Assembly: GCA_963675595.2 (NCBI GenBank)
Contig: CAXXLZ010000001.1
Coordinates: forward strand, 736,001 to 800,000
Reading direction: 5' to 3'
DNA length: 64,000 nt
Origin: Thermodesulfobacteriota bacterium
GTDB lineage: Bacteria; Desulfobacterota; Desulfarculia; JACQYL01
Shown here: positions 61,538 through 64,000 of the stretch, piece by piece
Layout of the letters: each line of letters starts with the position of its first letter
How positions within the stretch are numbered: the first letter of the stretch is position 1
The notes under the pieces: generated by a model
Told to the model about the DNA's origin: nothing
The model's input: the letters and a program-made list of their open reading frames with translations, nothing else
Database searches by the model: none
Position numbers and translations under genes: made by a program

Positions 61538-62636
61538 GATCAGCCTCCTGCCTGCGCTCACTCAGCTCCCGGGAAAGCTCTTCTTTTTGCTCTTCGAGGG
61601 CGGGAGTCAACTCTTGGAAGGTATGGAGAAACATGTCGAGCGGGTCTCCGGAGTCTTTCATCATCTTCTCCGAATGCTCCACCGCGGTCTGGATTTCGGC
61701 CTTGATCTCTTCTTCGATCCCTTCGATGTCCTTGTCGGTAAGAAGCCCCTTGTTCTTCAGGTAGGTCTGATATCGAACGATGGGATCCTTCTTTTTCCAT
61801 TCGTTCACTTCGTCTTCGGACCGGTACCTTTTGGGATCGTCGGCGGTGGTGTGCATCATGATTCGGTAGGTCTCACATTCGATCAAAGTGGGGCCTTCTC
61901 CTTTGCGGGCCCTATCCACCGCTTCACCCACGGCGGTGTAAACCGCGAGGATATCGTTTCCGTCCACTTGGATGCCGGGTATGCCGTAGGCAATGGCCTT
62001 CTGTGCCAAAGTCTTGGAGCGGGTCTGTTTGGACCGGGGCACGGAAATCGCCCACTGGTTGTTTTGGCAAACGAAAATCACCGGGAGCGTGAAAACGCCG
62101 GCGAAATTCATGGCTTCGTGAAAATCCCCTTCCGAGGTGGCGCCGTCGCCGAAGAAAGTCATGGCCACGGAGTCCTTCTCACGATATTTCATTCCCCAAG
62201 CCAAACCAACGGCGTGGAGAGTCTGGCTTCCTACCGGCACGGCTATGGGAAGGTCGTTGCGATCGTCCTCGGGCCTTCCTCCTTCGTCATACCCGGCAAA
62301 ATAGAGGAGTGCGGAAGCAGGGTCTTTGCCGCGCCAGGTCTCCGCCAGGCTTTCCCTGAAGCACGGCACCATCCAGTCATCCCTGCGGAGATGAACCGCG
62401 GCTCCCAGTTGCGCCGCCTCCTGGCCCGAAATAGGGGCGAAAGTCCCGATCCGGCCTTGTCGCTGCAGGTTCAAGAGGCGTTCGTCGAATCTTCTTCCGG
62501 ACAGCATGGCCCTATGCATCTTAAGCAGAAAGTCGTCCGGGATGTCGGGCTCCAGGGATTGATCCAATTCTCCATGTTCGTCCAGAATGGACAAACGCTC
62601 CACCCGGCAGGGCAGATCGATTTCCGTCCTCGGCAT
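61530..62636 (-). CDS. pdhA: 2-oxoacid (pyruvate) dehydrogenase E1 alpha
   Basis: QRQGRIGT, GQEAAQ, TPP motif GDGATSEGDFHE...QNNQWAIS, HTTADDP. Confidence 0.93.
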   Translation of the reverse strand: MPRTEIDLPCRVERLSILDEHGELDQSLEPDIPDDFLLKMHRAMLSGRRFDERLLNLQRQGRIGTFAPISGQEAAQLGAAVHLRRDDWMVPCFRESLAETWRGKDPASALLYFAGYDEGGRPEDDRNDLPIAVPVGSQTLHAVGLAWGMKYREKDSVAMTFFGDGATSEGDFHEAMNFAGVFTLPVIFVCQNNQWAISVPRSKQTRSKTLAQKAIAYGIPGIQVDGNDILAVYTAVGEAVDRARKGEGPTLIECETYRIMMHTTADDPKRYRSEDEVNEWKKKDPIVRYQTYLKNKGLLTDKDIEGIEEEIKAEIQTAVEHSEKMMKDSGDPLDMFLHTFQELTPALEEQKEELSRELSERRQEADHG

Positions 62637-63154
62637 TCCTGATCTCCTTCACTACCGTTAAAGGGAATCTTGTTTGTGAGCGCTGCAAACGGGAGGCCCG
62701 TTCTCGGAAAGTCTCTTCAATAGGCCTCACCGCGCAGGCATCGCGAACGGATTCGGTAATACCTCTCGTATTCAGCTGAACAACACGGCCGGCGTTACCA
62801 CAGGGTATGATATTTCGTATGACGCGTTCAAATACGAGTTCATCGAAACTCCCTCGCATACTTCTTAAAGGGCCGGTCCGATGGAAATCTCCGATATCTT
62901 GTCCGACAAGGGTGTCAGGTTTCTCTCGTGGTGTCCATCAGGCGGAGAACCCATTTTCCGGGCGGGAGCGCTCTTCGGAACAGTAGGGGGGATTATCTCC
63001 CTCGCTGCAAGGCTCTGCATCTTCCGATCGATGAAATATTTTTCCCTTTTTTCTTTCAAAACGTAGCCCTGCACATAAATAGTCTTTATAGTATATCGTC
63101 TAGACTGATATCTGAGAGACAACCCGTTCGCCATTGAACTTCTTCGGGCCCGCT

Positions 63155-64000
63155 ATGGAAGAAACTCGGAAAAGCACAATCGGATTTGTAGATAAGCTGA
63201 TTGCTCTACTGGATCGAATCGGCCCACAATCGGAAGAAATGGGCGCCGGTAAGCGGGGAAACTCTCTGCAGTACTGGCGAGAGCGCATTCTTTTCTCAAC
63301 TCTTCGTGTAGCCCTCGTTCTTGCCCCCTTCGTTTATGTACCCGGTGTTGTTTTCGGCGTAGTCAACGGCAGGTGGGGGGTCGTCATCGTCGATTCAGTG
63401 GTCCTCGCTTGGCTGATCCTGATTGTTCTGTCCAAAGGCGTGTCATATTCTTTTAGAGCCGGGAGCATGATGTGCTCCATCTATGTTTTAGGCATCTATC
63501 TGATTCATGCAGTGGGCATGAAGAGCGCAGGCCTGGCGTGGATCTTTGCCTTTCCCATATTCGGAGGACTGTTCTTCGGTCTGAGGATCGCCCTGGTCGC
63601 ACTGATCCTTAATTTTTCCGCCCTGTTCGGTTTTGGTCTGATGATGAACCTGACCTCATGGAGTCCGATGCGTTCTCTTTCCACCGGCCAGTGGGCGATT
63701 ATGAGTGCGAACATGCTCTTCCTGAACGCGGTTGCCGCCATTTCCGTGGCGGTGTTGGTACGGGGGCTGGAGTTTTCTCTTCGCAAAGAGCAGTCCGCTT
63801 TGAAGGAACTTTCCATGGAACGATCGCAGCTTCGAGAGTCGGAGCGGAAGTACCGTCTGGTGGTTGAGCACGCCAACGAGGCCATCTTCATCGCCCAGGA
63901 CGGGTTGATCAAGTTTCCCAATCCTTCGGCACCCAGGATTACAGGCTATACTTATGAGCAACTCGGCCGAACGCCTTTTATCGAACTGATACATCCGGAA
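63155..64000 (+). CDS. Membrane sensor protein with PAS domain (partial, runs off window end)
   Basis: Not in ORF track. Manual translation from ATG 63155: several TM helices after YWRERIL, then ESERKYRLVVEHANEAIFIAQDG...FIELIHPE. Confidence 0.8.
   Translation, partial: MEETRKSTIGFVDKLIALLDRIGPQSEEMGAGKRGNSLQYWRERILFSTLRVALVLAPFVYVPGVVFGVVNGRWGVVIVDSVVLAWLILIVLSKGVSYSFRAGSMMCSIYVLGIYLIHAVGMKSAGLAWIFAFPIFGGLFFGLRIALVALILNFSALFGFGLMMNLTSWSPMRSLSTGQWAIMSANMLFLNAVAAISVAVLVRGLEFSLRKEQSALKELSMERSQLRESERKYRLVVEHANEAIFIAQDGLIKFPNPSAPRITGYTYEQLGRTPFIELIHPE

Overview
GC-rich bacterial chromosomal segment, most consistent with an anaerobic Desulfobacterota (deltaproteobacterial) genome. Core genes: ligA, pcm, tatA, mutY, rpmB, relA/spoT, proS, ispG, nifU-nifS, comF, rfaE2, ilvA. 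Energy genes: nuoE/nuoF(HydB)-like pair, a RACo corrinoid activator, an RnfB-flavoprotein fusion, an NqrBCDEF-like operon without NqrA/RnfC, and pdhABC-lpdA. Accessory blocks: a TauABC-like ABC transporter, a serine hydrolase + two PBPs + double histidine kinase + response regulator, a large secreted HEXXH protein and a secreted papain-like peptidase. No rRNA, tRNA, CRISPR, transposase or integrase was seen. Main findings: (1) a hidden in-frame-TGA selenoprotein (signal peptide, CxxCH heme motif, three rhodanese domains, SECIS-like hairpin) split into two ORFs in the track; (2) a single-chain fusion of an iron-containing alcohol dehydrogenase with an aldehyde:ferredoxin oxidoreductase, preceded by an SCP2-like gene; (3) an unannotated ~65-nt sigma54-dependent sRNA candidate with a CU-rich anti-SD seed, terminator and paired putative enhancer sites. 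All calls come from reading motifs by eye; no database searches were run.
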